A stretch of DNA of 64,000 nucleotides from Octopus sinensis (Eukaryota). The position numbers and the translations under genes are program-made. The notes below the pieces were generated by a model, which saw nothing but the letters and a program-made list of their open reading frames with translations, was not told the origin of the DNA and ran no database searches. How positions within the stretch are numbered: the first letter of the stretch is position 1; every line of letters starts with the position of its first letter. Positions 1-12,249 of this stretch are shown in pieces. The stretch is taken from assembly GCF_006345805.1 (NCBI RefSeq), contig NC_043021.1, positions 26,970,001 to 27,034,000 on the forward strand, read 5' to 3'.

Positions 1-47
<47 letters not shown>

Positions 48-61
48 AACACATGCAGGAA

Positions 62-1303
62 GTAAATAGACACCTTTAATTTTCAAAATCTTTTATTTAA
101 TACACAAAGTGAACAATTGAAATGTAATCAATAGGTAGGACTACATACTTTAGTATTTAGTTGACATTTCCTTTGCAGTTTTTAATTCAGAAACTCTTTT
201 TGGCATTGGACTGATGAGCTTTGTGATTGTCTCTTGTGGAATTTCTCCCCACTTTTCATGCAACAATCGAAACAATTCATCTTTAGATTTAGGTTTCTGT
301 CAAGTTTTTCATATAGCTAGTATGCTCCAAAGATTTTCAATTGGGATCATGTCAGGAGATTGGCTCAGCCAAGGAAGCTTTTTGATCCCATTTTCAGGCA
401 ACGATTGTTGATTCCTTTTCACTGTGTGGCATGGAGCCCCATCTTCCATGAATAAAACTCATTTTTCATTATGTTATTGTGTGAATACATCGGAAGTAGT
501 CCTTGTTTAAGTATTTCGATGTATTTTTCAGAGTTTATGGTTCCAACACATTCAATTAGCTCAGAACGACCACTGCTGGTGACAGCTCCCTATACCATTA
601 CAGAGATACTGTCATGTTTCACAGTTGGTTGGAGTTGTTTCAAATCAAATTCTTGATTGGGAAGCCTCCAAACCCAAACCCGAACACATCCACTGTCTGA
701 AAATAATGCAAATCTGGATTCATCTGAGAAAATCACTCTATCCCAAAAGGAATTGGATTTTTCTGACATCTCCTTAGCCCATTTCTTTCTTTTCATGATA
801 TTAATTGGTTGAAGGAGAAATTTTCTTCTAGCTTCTTGCCCATAAAATCCAAGCTTATGCAGATATGTAACACACGTTCTTGGACTAACTTCTAGCTGTT
901 TTGCAATGTCAGAAGCCCTTGAACAGGGTTCATTTTCCACAATTCTCTCCAAACAGCGAAGCTTCCTTTCTGAGGAGCCAGGTCGTCCAGGACGAGAATC
1001 TGTTGATTCTTTTGCTTGGCTTTTGAATTGCCCTATAATTCTATTAACAGTAGCAAGAAGAATTTGAAGATTTTCGGCAATTTTTTGCTGGCTAAGACCA
1101 GCCTCAGATTACCCGACAATACAACCTCTTTGAAAATCTGACAGTTCTGCTGAATTTTTTGTGCGCAGCATGGTTACTTTTTGCAAATGTTTAATATAAT
1201 GGTAACTGGAATGGGAAAGAGTAATTACATTGTAAATTCTACACCGCTGAAAACATTAAGACACTTAGATCAGAAATTTTGAAAATAAAAGGTGTCTATT
1301 TAC
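62..1303 (-). mobile_element. Tc1-family DNA transposon, complete but decayed
   Basis: 28-bp TIRs with 1 mismatch (62-89 GTAAATAGACACCTTTAATTTTCAAAAT; 1276-1303) flank a transposase relic. Confidence 0.9.
150..1171 (-). pseudogene. Tc1 DD34E transposase with stops and frameshifts
   Basis: MLRTKNSAELSDFQRG..GRP HTH region, FSDESRF, then EDGAPCH and WLSQSPDMIPIENLW with exactly 34 residues between D and E. Confidence 0.9.
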
Positions 1304-1499
1304 GGCCAGGTTGGGGCAATCTTGAGTATAACCAGCTGAAATTGCAATGATATTCTGGAATTTGACTGAAGAAAGAAAACTCCGAATGACCCATCCTTGT
1401 TCTCTTTGTATCGTCTATCTGGATGTTTTGTTGTTCCTTTCTTGTGTCACCTAACTGTCTGGATGTTTTGCGTTCTTGTCCCATTTTGTATTTTTTTAC

Positions 1500-1546
<47 letters not shown>

Positions 1547-1547
1547 C

Positions 1548-1578
<31 letters not shown>

Positions 1579-1621
1579 TATATGTATATATGTATATATA
1601 TGTGTATATATATATATATAT

Positions 1622-4322
1622 ATCATCATCATCATCATCATCGTTTAACGTCTGCTTTCCATGCTAGCATGGGTTGGATGGTTCAACTGGGGTCTGAGAA
1701 GCCCGAAGGCTGCACCAGGCCAGTAAGATCTGGCAGTGTTTCTACAGCTGGATGCCCTTCCTAACGCCAACCACTCTGTGAGTGTAGTGGGTGCTTTTTA
1801 CGTGCCACCGACACTGGTGCCAGACGAAGCTGGCGAACGTCCACGCTTGGATGGTCCTTTTTATGTGCCACCGGCACGGGGGCCAGGCGAGGCTGGCAAC
1901 AGCCATGATCGGATGGTGTTTTTTTATGTGCCACCAGCATGAGGCCAGTCGGGGCGGCACTGGCAATGGCCACGTTCGGATGGTTCCCTTACGTGCTACC
2001 GGCACTGGTATCACAACTACAAATTCCATTGATGTTGATCGATTTTGATTTTGATTTTCACTTGACTCAACAGGTCTTCACAAGTAGAGTTTTGTGTCCC
2101 AAGAAGGAAGATATGCACAGGTGGACTGACTACGTCCCAGGTAGAGGCCACGGGTTGAGATCTCACTTGTCCTGCCGGGTCTTTTCATGCACAGCATATT
2201 TCCAAGGGTCTCGGTCTCTGGTCATTTCCTCGGTGAGACCTAAAGAGCGAAGGTCGTGCTTCACCACCTCGTTCCAGGTTTTCCTGGGTCTACCTCTTAC
2301 ACAGGTTCCCTCAACCACTAGGGTGTGGCACTTTTTCACACAACTATCTTTATCCATTCTTACCACTTGTCCATACCAGCGTAGACGTCTCTCTTGCACA
2401 CCACATCTGATGCTTCTTAGGTCCAACTTTTCTCTCAAGCCACTTACACTCTGTCGGGTATGAACACTGACATTACACATCCATCGGAGCATACTGGCTT
2501 CATTTCTTGCGAGCTTACGCTTATCCTCAGCAGTCACGGCCCATGTTTCACTGCCATGAAGCATGGCTGTTCGTACACATGCATCATATAGTTTGCCTTT
2601 TACTCTGAGCAAGAGGCCTATTGTCACCAGCAGAGGTAAGAGCTCTCTGAACTTTGCCCAGGCTATTCTTACTCTAGCAGTTACACTTTCAGCACACTCG
2701 TCCCCGCTACTGACTTGATCACCTAGGTAACGGAAGCTATCAACTATTTCTAGTTCTTCTCCCTGGAATGTGGTGGAAGATGGTCTCTGCGCATTTCCAG
2801 TGTTTGTTGCACCAGAGCATCTGCCACATACGAAAACTATCTTCCCAGGTCATCAGCATAGAGTTGCTCCCAGGGCATCCTGTCTTGAATTCCTCCGTTA
2901 TTGCCTGGAGGACTATGATAAATAGGAGGGGGCTGAGGACTGAGCCTTGGTGGACCCCTACCTCTATCCGGAATTCTTCAGCGTACTCGTTGCCAACCCT
3001 CACCTTACTTACAGCATCCCTGTACATGGTTTGCACAGCTCTCACTAACCATTCATCTATCCCTAGTTTCCTCATTGACCACCAGATAAGGGATCGGGGG
3101 GACCCTGTCAAAGGCTTTCTCCAAGTCAACGAAAGCCAGGTACAGAGGTTTATCTTTGGCTAGGTATTTCTCCCGCAGCTGTCTCACCAGAAATATGGCA
3201 TCAGTGGTGCTTTTCCCTGGCACTAAACCAAACTGCTTCTCATCCAAACTAATCAGTTGGGCTATGACCCTTTCCGTAACCTTCATTACCTGATCTAACA
3301 GCTTGATACCTCTGTAATTACTTGTATCTAGGGTGTCACCTTTACCTTTGTAGCAGTTGACTATTATGCTACTACACCAGTCATTGGGTATGACTCCTTC
3401 GTGTATCACCTGGTTAACTATACGGGTGACTAGGCTATAGCCGATACTGCCAGATATTTTGAGCATCTCTGCAGTAATTCCTGATGGGCATGGGGCTTTC
3501 CCTGTCTTCATTCTTCTAATTGCATTAACTACCAAGGAACTGTCAACTCAGATAGCTGGTCCCTCTGTTGGGTCGACATTCAGCAGACTCTCTTTATCCC
3601 ATTCATTTTCTTTGTTGAGCAACCTTTCATAGTGGCATCTCCAAACCTCTCTCTTTGCATCCTCATTTGGTGCAAGTGAACCATCATCCATGCGAACACA
3701 TTTCTCTCCTACCACATCATGATTCTCTCTCACACACTGTCTTGCAGCATGAAATACCTCAAGTCTTTGGTCCTCATGGTGCAGAACATTGGCAAATTTT
3801 TTCTTATCTGCTTCCCCTCTGGCTAAATAAGCCTGTCTCCTAGCTTCTCTTTTCGCAGTCTGATACAAAACCCTGCTACCGCCATTCTTCCAGTCCTTCC
3901 AAGCCTGTCTCTTGTCTCTAATAGCCCTGTCTACAACATTGTTCCACCAACACGTTACCCTGGGACGAGATGGGACTTTGCTCAATCCACAGATCTGGTC
4001 AGTGGCTCTCAGCAGATTGTCCTGTAGAAACCTCCAGTTGGCTTCCACATTATGTGAAGCTATATCCCCTTCTATTTCGTCGAAAGCTTCGAGTAGGACA
4101 TCTCTAAATCTCCGTCCATTTGCAGGATCTTTAAGTTTCCAGACCCTTCTCTTCCTAGCTGGTCTTCTTCTGGGCAGCCATTTGGCCCTGATCCTGAAGT
4201 CACTAACTACTAATCTATGTTGAGGAGTACATTCTTCACCTGGGAAGGTTTTGGCATTTATAAGCAGCCCTCTTTCCCTCTTTCTTGTGAGGATGTAGTC
4301 GATCTGGCTAGTGTGTCTGCCA
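1622..4322 (-). mobile_element. RTE-clade LINE, 5'-truncated, with internal deletion
   Basis: End of APE endonuclease (SQIDYIL..QHRLVV), RT motifs (NYRGIKLL, FVDLEKAFDRV, GVHQGSVLSP, LYADDL), C-terminal LHGSETW/RLRWYG/GRPRKTW, 3'UTR ending in a (GAT)n tail; deletion just after YADDL. Confidence 0.92.
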
Positions 4323-4334
4323 TATATATATATT

Positions 4335-4570
4335 TGTGTGTCGTAGTGTCTGTGTTTGTCTCCCCAACACTGCTTGACAACTGGTATTGGTGGGTTTATG
4401 TTCCCATGACTTAGCAGTTCAGCAAAAAAACTCGATAGAATAAGTATCTGGCTTAAGAAAAAAAAAGAAGTACTGTGGTTGATTCATTCAACTAAAAATT
4501 CTTGAAGGTGGTGCCCCAGCATGGCCACAGTCTCACAATTGAAAGAAATGTAGGAAAGAAGATAAAAGAA
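4335..4570 (+). mobile_element. SINE family A, 3' half
   Basis: Matches the 3' half of the full copy at 57744-58142 (cttgacaac..gatagaataagta..ccagcatggcc). Confidence 0.75.
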
Positions 4571-4638
4571 AGATCGAGTTCAATAGTCAAACAACTACAA
4601 CATTAACAGTAGTAGAACAACATCAGCAACAACACCAA

Positions 4639-4679
<41 letters not shown>

Positions 4680-5229
4680 ATAGTCTGCCATTGTTTCTTC
4701 AAGTACATAGTGCCAGATGGAAGGGCAAAATTCCTGCAAAATGAATAAGCCTGCTAAAAATAGCAGCCAAATCTCCCTCACATCCAATTCTATGTAATTA
4801 AAGAACAACTTGTTGTTTAGCCTCAACTCAGTCCAGTCCTGTCAGGAAAATGCAGTGGTCAATGATATTCCAGCCATGACGACCCCAGCTAACATATTTT
4901 CTGGCATAATATATCTAGGATTAAAATCATTCAATGTGACCTACTCATTTTTTAAATATGATATGAGGGGAAATTTGGCTGCTATGGCATGAATGGGGAG
5001 CTACCATGCGGAGATTTTCACTGATGGTAGTGGTGGTTAGAATGGTGTGGTAATGATGGTGGTGATATGTTGATGATAGCTGTGATGATGATGATGATGA
5101 CAATGGTAACGAGTTAATCACTACAGATAAATTAGCCCGAATGTATTAGTTTTAATAGCAGTTGCAGAGTAACTGTAGAAATTTGAAAGGTGGGGGTGGT
5201 TCATATCATACTGGCAGTCATTGGGAGAG

Positions 5230-5385
5230 GGGGAGAGAGTGGGAGGGAGAGAGGGAGAGAAACAATGAGAGAGAGAGAAAAAGACAAGCAATGAGAGAAA
5301 GAAAGAGAGAGAGAGAGAGGGAAAGAGGGAGAGAGAGAGAAAGAGAGAGAGAGAAAGAAAGAGAGAGAGGGGGAGAAAGAGAGAA

Positions 5386-5418
<33 letters not shown>
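5230..5418. repeat. (GA)n-rich microsatellite
   Basis: Direct inspection. Confidence 0.95.
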
Positions 5419-5423
<5 letters not shown>

Positions 5424-5616
5424 CATGTAATTTCAAGCATTGTAATTGCGCCATGTGCCACATGCCACTGGATTGAGTGTGGAAGGGATTTCCTCCTCTC
5501 TGCAGAGAAAGGTGAAATGAATGATTGAGAGGAGAAAAGGAAAAGAAGGAGAAAAGCATGGAAGTGGAATGGAGTGGAAGAGCAGAGAGGCTGGCATGAA
5601 ACTTGATTTGTTTGAT

Positions 5617-5650
5617 GTTGCCAAGGTAACAGGAAGCTTCCTGTTCCGGA
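5617..5650. promoter_or_regulatory. RFX X-box overlapping an 18-bp ETS-core palindrome
   Basis: GTTGCCAAGGTAAC (5617-5630) fits GTTRCC-N-RGYAAC; AACAGGAAGCTTCCTGTT (5628-5645) is a perfect palindrome; TTCCGGA follows. Confidence 0.4.
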
Positions 5651-5734
5651 TTCAGAGCAAAAGTTCAACTCCAACCGATATCACTTGTCTCCGTGTTTCT
5701 TTCACTCTGTCAAAGATTTCATTCATCGGATGTA

Positions 5735-6580
5735 TTTATGTACGTACATACATATGTATGTGTGTATGTGTGTATGTATGTATGTATGTATATGTATGTA
5801 TGTATATATGTGTGTGTATGTGTGTGTATGTGTGTATGTGTGTGTATGTATGTATGTCTGTATGCATGTATGTGTGTATGTATGTATGTGTGTATGTATG
5901 TGCGTATGCATGCATGCATGTATGTATGTATGTATGTGTGTGTGTGTATGTATGTATATATGTATGTATGTATGTATGTATGTGTGTGTGTATGTATGTA
6001 TGTGTGTGTGTGTATGTATGTATATATGTATGTATGTATGTATATATGTATGCATTTATGTATGTATGTATGTATGTCTGTATGCATGTATGTGTGTATG
6101 TATGTATGTATGTATGTGTGTATGCATGTATGTATGTATGTATGTATGTATGTGTGTGTGTGTATGTATGTATATATGTATGTATGTATGTATGTGTGTG
6201 TGTATGTGTGTTTAGTCTCTCCCACTCTCTCTCTCTATGTATGCACACACACATACAGTCAAGTGCACGTACACACACACACATATATACATTTATATCT
6301 GTCTACACTCGAGAGAGAGAGAGTGGGAGAGACTAAACACACATACACACACACATACATACACACATACATACATACATACATACATACATACATACGT
6401 ACATACATACACACACACACATACATACATACATACATACATGCATACACAGATACATACACACATACATACATACATACACACATACATACATACAGAC
6501 ATACATACATACACACATACATACAGACATACATACATACATACACACACACACATACACACACACATACATACATACAT
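5735..6580. repeat. (TATG/TG)n and (CATA/CA)n compound microsatellites in inverted orientation
   Basis: Direct inspection; source of the many Y/V/C/M and H/T/Y/I ORFs in the track. Confidence 0.95.
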
Positions 6581-7049
6581 TTGTTTATCTATCTATTAAT
6601 TTCACCTATATGCATATATGTATTATATAAGTGTGTGTGTGTGTGTGTATTTATATATGTATATGTATATGCGTATGTGTATATATACATATATGTATGT
6701 GTGTATGTGAGTATGTATGCATGCGTGTGTGTGTGTGTGTGTAGGCAGCCACTTGGCAAGTCATTGAAGTATTGGATAGGTTGCTCTGGTTCTATGCATT
6801 CTGAGTCATGTATATTCTCAGTATGAATGTCTCACTCTTTCCCTCTCTCTCTCTCTCTCCCTCTCATCCACCCCCTCTCTCCCTCTCATCCCCCCCTCTC
6901 TCTCTCTTTCTCACTTTCTGGGTGTGTGTATGCATGATATTTCTGATTGTTAATCTACTCTTGTATTTGACAATCCATCAATCTGCTAATCTGGGTACAC
7001 ACATACACACACACACACACACACACGCACACATGCACGTACGCACGCA

Positions 7050-7210
7050 CACACACACAAACACATGCACAAACACGACATACCTTTTTCAGTTTCTGTC
7101 TGCCAAATTTACTCACAAGACTGGCCTGGGACTATAGTAGAAGACACTTGCCCAAGGTAGCATGCAGTGGGGCTGAATGTGGAACCATGAAGATGGAAAG
7201 CAAACTTCTT
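7050..7210 (-). mobile_element. SINE family A fragment
   Basis: ttcagtttctgtc..ctatagtagaagacacttgcccaagg matches the reverse complement of the family A head and body. Confidence 0.65.
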
Positions 7211-8482
7211 GCTACAAAGCCACGCCTGAATACACACACACACACCTCTGTGTCACTGAGTTCCATTCCAGCTGTAAGTCCTTCTGGTCATATTTTTCAA
7301 CGCCATTTTCATTTAAGTGCAACTGATGCTTGAAAGCAACGGAGTGAGAGACAGTGGCAGGCATCGGATTCCTGGGTCTAAGGGACACTTCCATTGCCAA
7401 ATGTTGCCTCATACGCATATCATATACATAACTGCCCAGCATCCAAAAATCAAGTTTTTAATTATTTTTTCATTATCTATTTTTTGTGATCGTAAGTGCA
7501 GATGGTTATAAGTTGCATAGGTCATAAGTTGAGGTGAAGGTTTGTATACACACACACACACACACGCACACATGCACACAAGCATGTATCCTCACAATTT
7601 CTGTCCACCCTGCAACCTAACATGTGATTGTCAAAATCCCATCAATTGGTCAGCTATCATCTTGGAGGATTCCACCTCTCAAAGGTGGTCTATAGATCAA
7701 CCCTTATAACATCTGAGGGTATCATTCAACTACTTGACCAAAAAACAACCAATGATGCTAAGAGAATATTTATGCAAATTTCTGAAACACATGCACTACT
7801 GCAGACAAGGACATAGAAACTACACTGCACCGTTTTTTTCATTTGAAGACTCTGGGACTAAGGGAACAGCTTCACCAACTTCACAAGAAGCATCTGGATG
7901 AGCTACTTTCCTTACTCACATGGAGTTTCTAACAGTAAACAATGCTTCCCTGAGAAACTGCATATACTGCAACAGTATGCTTTGGCTATTAACAGGAAAA
8001 CTGATCTCTCCTATTGTCATAATCTAAGATAAGCCCTGTTAATGACCTTCAAACCATTCGCAAGTGATATCATAAATGATCAATCTAGTCATAGTTGGTC
8101 CATGTGCAATTGCAGTGTATATTTCCCAATTTGATGATAGTGAAATTATTTCATCTTCTACACATTATCGGAGTGGCATATGACTATTTATGCGGAGCTG
8201 AGTCTACCTGGTATTAATTACATTCCTAACAGAATGTATTGAGTACTACTTTTCTTTTTTTGTTTGCCTGCTCACATGCACAAATACTTACACATACCCA
8301 CCTGTACATATTATACATACATACACACACATATATATATATATATATACGAAAGAAGGTTTGAAAATGCAATTTAAAAGATGTATATTTAATTTACCGG
8401 TTTCACTCTTCGGAAAAAGATTGTCAAAAGTAACATGTAGAAGTTTTGTTGCATTAATTATTGGTTGTTACAAATTGCTACA

Positions 8483-8885
8483 TTACATATATACAGTCTT
8501 TGGTAACAGGGATATGTCAAGGACATAAAAAAGTTCAACAAGTTCCTTAAAATATTGGGCACAAAAGATTACTACATAAATAATCATTCTCAAGAACATG
8601 CTTAAGATAGTTTCCAGAAGGAATTGATATTGGTATTGGTATTGTATCTGTATATTCAAACATACACAGAATATTGGTTGACACAGAGTACTACAATCCA
8701 TATAAATATACATTCTTTGGTGACAAGAGTATGTTGAGAATATAAAAAAGTTTAACAAGTTCATTGAAATAATGGGCACAAAAGATTACAACAAATATAT
8801 TATACATTCTCAAGATAATTTCCAGAAGGAATTATTAAAAAAGTTCAGTAAATATTGGTATACACGTACAGAATATTATGAGTTC
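8483..8885. repeat. Diverged tandem duplication, unit about 215 bp
   Basis: aaaaagttcaacaagttc..gggcacaaaagattac..tttccagaaggaatt occurs twice. Confidence 0.7.
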
Positions 8886-9512
8886 AAAAAGGTTTACATT
8901 ATAATAGTATTGAAGCTAAAACTGACCTGTCCGTCATGTTAACGTAAAAGAATATTATCTATTATCTATTTCCCTTGAAATAGAGACAGTGACGGGGGGG
9001 GGGGGGGTTAGTAGATTGACAGTTGTGATGGTAACGAGGCGATAGTAATAGTATGAGCTGTAGTTGTGATAGAGGTGGAGCCGATGGTGATGATGGTGGT
9101 GGTGGTGGTGGTAGCTGAGATGGTCAGGGATGATGGTGGTAGTAAGCAATGTGAAAGTGAGTGGTGATGGTGGTGGAGAAGGCAGCAAAGTCAATGGTAT
9201 TGATAGTGGTGGCATCAGAAGTTTGAATGGTGTGTGTATGGCAGTTGTGGTGGTAATGGTGGTGGTACTGGTGATGGTGATGATTGAAAACAATCAACAT
9301 AAAGGGAGAGAGAGAAAGAAAGAGGTTAGAGAGAAAAAAGATTGTACTGACCCCTGAATGGGAAGACAAATAAATTGTTGTCTATCCTGCAGCTTTGCAA
9401 TAAGTTCCAAGTCAACAAATTATATTGTTTTGATGAAAATTGTTCATTGCCTGAAAAATATTGTTCAATTATTTACATTTGACAGCTATTTGTCCTCATC
9501 TTATTTGTTTTT

Positions 9513-9559
9513 AACACAACATTTCAGCTGATATACCCTCTAAGCCTTCATCAGGTATC
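9513..9559 (-). ncRNA. Minimal type I hammerhead ribozyme, CpG-decayed
   Basis: GATAC-CTGATGA-aGGCT..AGCT-GAAA-tGTT-GTGTT; GAAAT in place of GAAAC breaks the AACGTT helix III palindrome. Confidence 0.55.
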
Positions 9560-9611
9560 TTGGGGAAATTTTGAACCTGGGTATTTTTTGATGTTGTTAC
9601 TATTATTATTA

Positions 9612-9682
9612 TTCAGGTCTGGAATCGAACTCGGAATCTTGGACTTAGTAGTCTGTGCTCTTACCCACTATGCCATATGCCC
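9612..9682 (-). promoter_or_regulatory. tRNA-like Pol III internal promoter
   Basis: A box TGGCATAGTGG (9665-9675) and B box GTTCGATTCC (9621-9630) at tRNA-like spacing. Confidence 0.7.
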
Positions 9683-9739
9683 GTAGGCAATTATGGAGTG
9701 AATTTTAGGGCTAATAAATCTAATATTTTTCTATCCTTC

Positions 9740-10165
9740 CTTCATACCGGTTACAATATGCTACTCATATCTGCACTCAGTCTGCCTAGGAAGTTGTGTC
9801 CTAGCATATGTGCTGCTTTTAGTTTTCATATATTCCTGTGGTGTTCTCTATCTATTATTTTAACTTCATCCCACAGGGGGAGGTGGTCGCCATTTTCCTA
9901 TACATGATCAGCTATACCCAATTTATCAATATCTCCTCATGTCACAGCTTTGCAATGTTCATCTACCTTTATTTTGAGGGGGTGGCATGTTTTGCCTTTG
10001 TATAACCTACCACAGCTGCATGGGATGGAGTATATGCAGTCTTTGGTCATATTCTCTTCTATTGGTGGTTTGAAGGAGATATTTGTGAAGTGTTGTCTTG
10101 AATATGTGTCCTGATGTCATATGGGTTGCATATCTTTTATATCTTTTCGGAGAAGCCTTTCACTC
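9740..10165 (-). pseudogene. Penelope-type GIY-YIG endonuclease relic
   Basis: IYSIPCSCG..YxG, EH, ADH and WD.VKIID motifs with in-frame stops. Confidence 0.75.
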
Positions 10166-10543
10166 CAATTATGAAGAAAAGAGGGGATAAAACCAATAAA
10201 CTGTCTAATAAACATCTAGTGAGGGGAAAGGTTTACAAATGCGAAAAACAGAGATAGAAAAATAGAGATAGACAAATAGAGATAGACAAATAGAGAGAAG
10301 TGTGTTTTCTGTTGCTGTCACAGATTTCGAAATTTTAAAATTATGTAAAATTGTTCAAATTTGGAATATTCATGTACTTCTCATGCTGAATTCAATTTTG
10401 TGATTCATTTGTTCTTGAAAATGTTCTTAAAAATGTTAGAGATAATTTTTACCTAATCAGAAAAATGAAAGCTGTGTATCACAAAATGAAAGTAAAAACA
10501 TCACAATTTAAACAAAATGAAACAAATGTCATATCGAGAGAGA

Positions 10544-10595
<52 letters not shown>

Positions 10596-10624
10596 GAGAG
10601 AGAGAGAGAAAGAGAGAGAGAGAA

Positions 10625-10674
<50 letters not shown>

Positions 10675-10946
10675 TGGGAAGTGGCATGCATGAAAGGTAC
10701 AGATAGACAGAAAGGGAATGATAAAGAGCAAGATGTAAAATATAGAGAGAGCAAGATAAAGACAGATAGATTGTGATAGATTTGGCGATCTAAAAGTCAA
10801 GTTATTCTCATAGCAAATTATACTCTTTTATTACTAATAATTAAATACCTTCCCATTGAGATACAGATTTTGAAAATCAAATCTATCTTTCTTGAGGATG
10901 AAGCATTTTGGATCCTTTGTGTGATATTCACACATATACTCTCATT

Positions 10947-11063
10947 TATATTAAGAAGGAGGAGGCAGTCAGAATTTTAGATAATTCTTTGAGAGTTAGT
11001 TTGAATGGATGAAAATTTTAATAAAGAATTATTCAAAATTCTAACTGTTACCTTCTTAATATA
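10947..11063. mobile_element. Small MITE-like inverted repeat
   Basis: Arms of about 45 bp: TATATTAAGAAGG..CAGTCAGAATTTTAGATAATTCTTT and AAAGAATTATTCAAAATTCTAACTG..CCTTCTTAATATA. Confidence 0.5.
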
Positions 11064-11089
11064 CAATATCTATACATCACTTCAAACAC

Positions 11090-11136
<47 letters not shown>

Positions 11137-12247
11137 CATCATCATCATCATCGTTTAACGTCCGTTCTCCATGCTAGCAAGGGTTGGATGGTTCGACCGG
11201 GGATCTGGGAAGCCAGAAGGCTGCACCAGGCTCCAGTCTGATCTGGCAGTGTTTCTACAGCTGGATGCCCTTCCTAACACCAACCACTCCGTGAGTGTAG
11301 TGGGTGCTTTTTACGTGCCACCAGCACAGGTGCCAGGCGAGGCTGGCAATGGCCATGATCGGATTGGTGATTTTTATGTGCCACCGGCACGGAAGCTAGT
11401 CAAGGCGGCGCTAGCATCGGCCACGTTTGGATGGTGCTTTTTACGTGCCACCGGCACAGGGATCACAACTGCAGTTTCCATTGATTTTTGATGTTGGTAT
11501 ACTTGACTCAATGGATCTCCTCAAGCACAGGGGCAAAACGGTGTTTCTTTACTTGCCACCTGCACAGGAGTCAGTCCAGCAGCACTGGCAACTGCCGGGT
11601 GCCAGTCATAGGATTGGTTCAATTTCGATTCCGATTTCACTTGCCCCAACAGGTCTTCATAAACAGAGTTTAGTGTCCAATGAAGGGAGGTTGGTATGGG
11701 TACCTATCGTCAGATGAGGTTCGATTTCAACTTCGCTTGCCTCAACAGGTCTTCGTGTGTCCAAGGAAAGAAAGGCATGCATAAGTGGACTGGCTACATC
11801 CCTGGCAAGGGACACGGGATGAACTCACTTATCCTGCCAGGTCTTCTCACGCACAGCATATTTCCAAAGGTCTCGGTCACTAGTCATTGCCTCAGCGAGG
11901 CCTAAAGTTTGAAGGTCATGCTTCACCACCTTGTCCCAGGTTTTCCTGGGTCTACCTCTTCTATGGGTCACCTCAACTGCTAGGGATTGGCACTTTTTCA
12001 CACACCTATCTTCATCCATTCTCGCCACATGACCATACCAGTGCAGTCATCTCTCTTGCACACCACATCTGATGCTTCTTAGGTCCAACATTTCTCTCAA
12101 GGTACTTACACTCTGTCAAGTATGTACACTGACATTTTACACATCCATTGGAGCATACTGGCTTAATTCCGCGTGAGCTTACACATGTCCTCAGCAGTCA
12201 TGGCCCATGTTTCACTGCCATGTAGCATGACTGTTCGTATATATGCA
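11137..12247 (-). mobile_element. RTE LINE 3' fragment
   Basis: C-terminal RCVKKCQSLAVE..GRPRKTWD, 3'UTR and (GAT)n tail homologous to 1622-2600. Confidence 0.88.
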
Positions 12248-12249
12248 TG

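Larger units (their letters stand above)
9440..10165 (-). mobile_element. Penelope-like element 3' relic: GIY-YIG, then a tRNA-like segment, then a hammerhead
   Basis: Minus-strand translation KDCIYSIPCSCGRLYKGKTCHPLKIKVDEH..IADHV*ENGDH..WDEVKIID; A/B boxes and a CTGATGA..GAAA core lie downstream. Confidence 0.75.

Noticed and set aside
1360-1395. CTGAAGA..CCGAAT hammerhead-like string in a probable pseudo-LTR relic (about 1310-1495)
   Set aside because: GAAA core is broken and helices I and II are unconvincing; not callable from this copy.
2790-2850. FVCGRCSG as the remnant of a Cys-rich insert in the RTE RT
   Set aside because: Only one CxxC survives the deletion, too little to define a domain.
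4620-4683. (CAG/CAA)n polyQ-like run and poly-Cys ORF
   Set aside because: Stops flank the Gln frame and no splice or homology support was found; treated as a microsatellite.
5521-6826. Long ORFs of 170-377 aa rich in Y/V/C/M or H/T/Y/I
   Set aside because: Stop-free translations of (TATG)n and (CA)n repeats; the same applies to similar ORFs near 15.3, 24, 25, 42.2, 59.6 and 62.4-63 kb.
8392-8432. Minus-strand TTGACAA..GAAACCGGTA hammerhead-like relic
   Set aside because: Two core substitutions, misregistered helix II and weak helix I; at most a dead relic.
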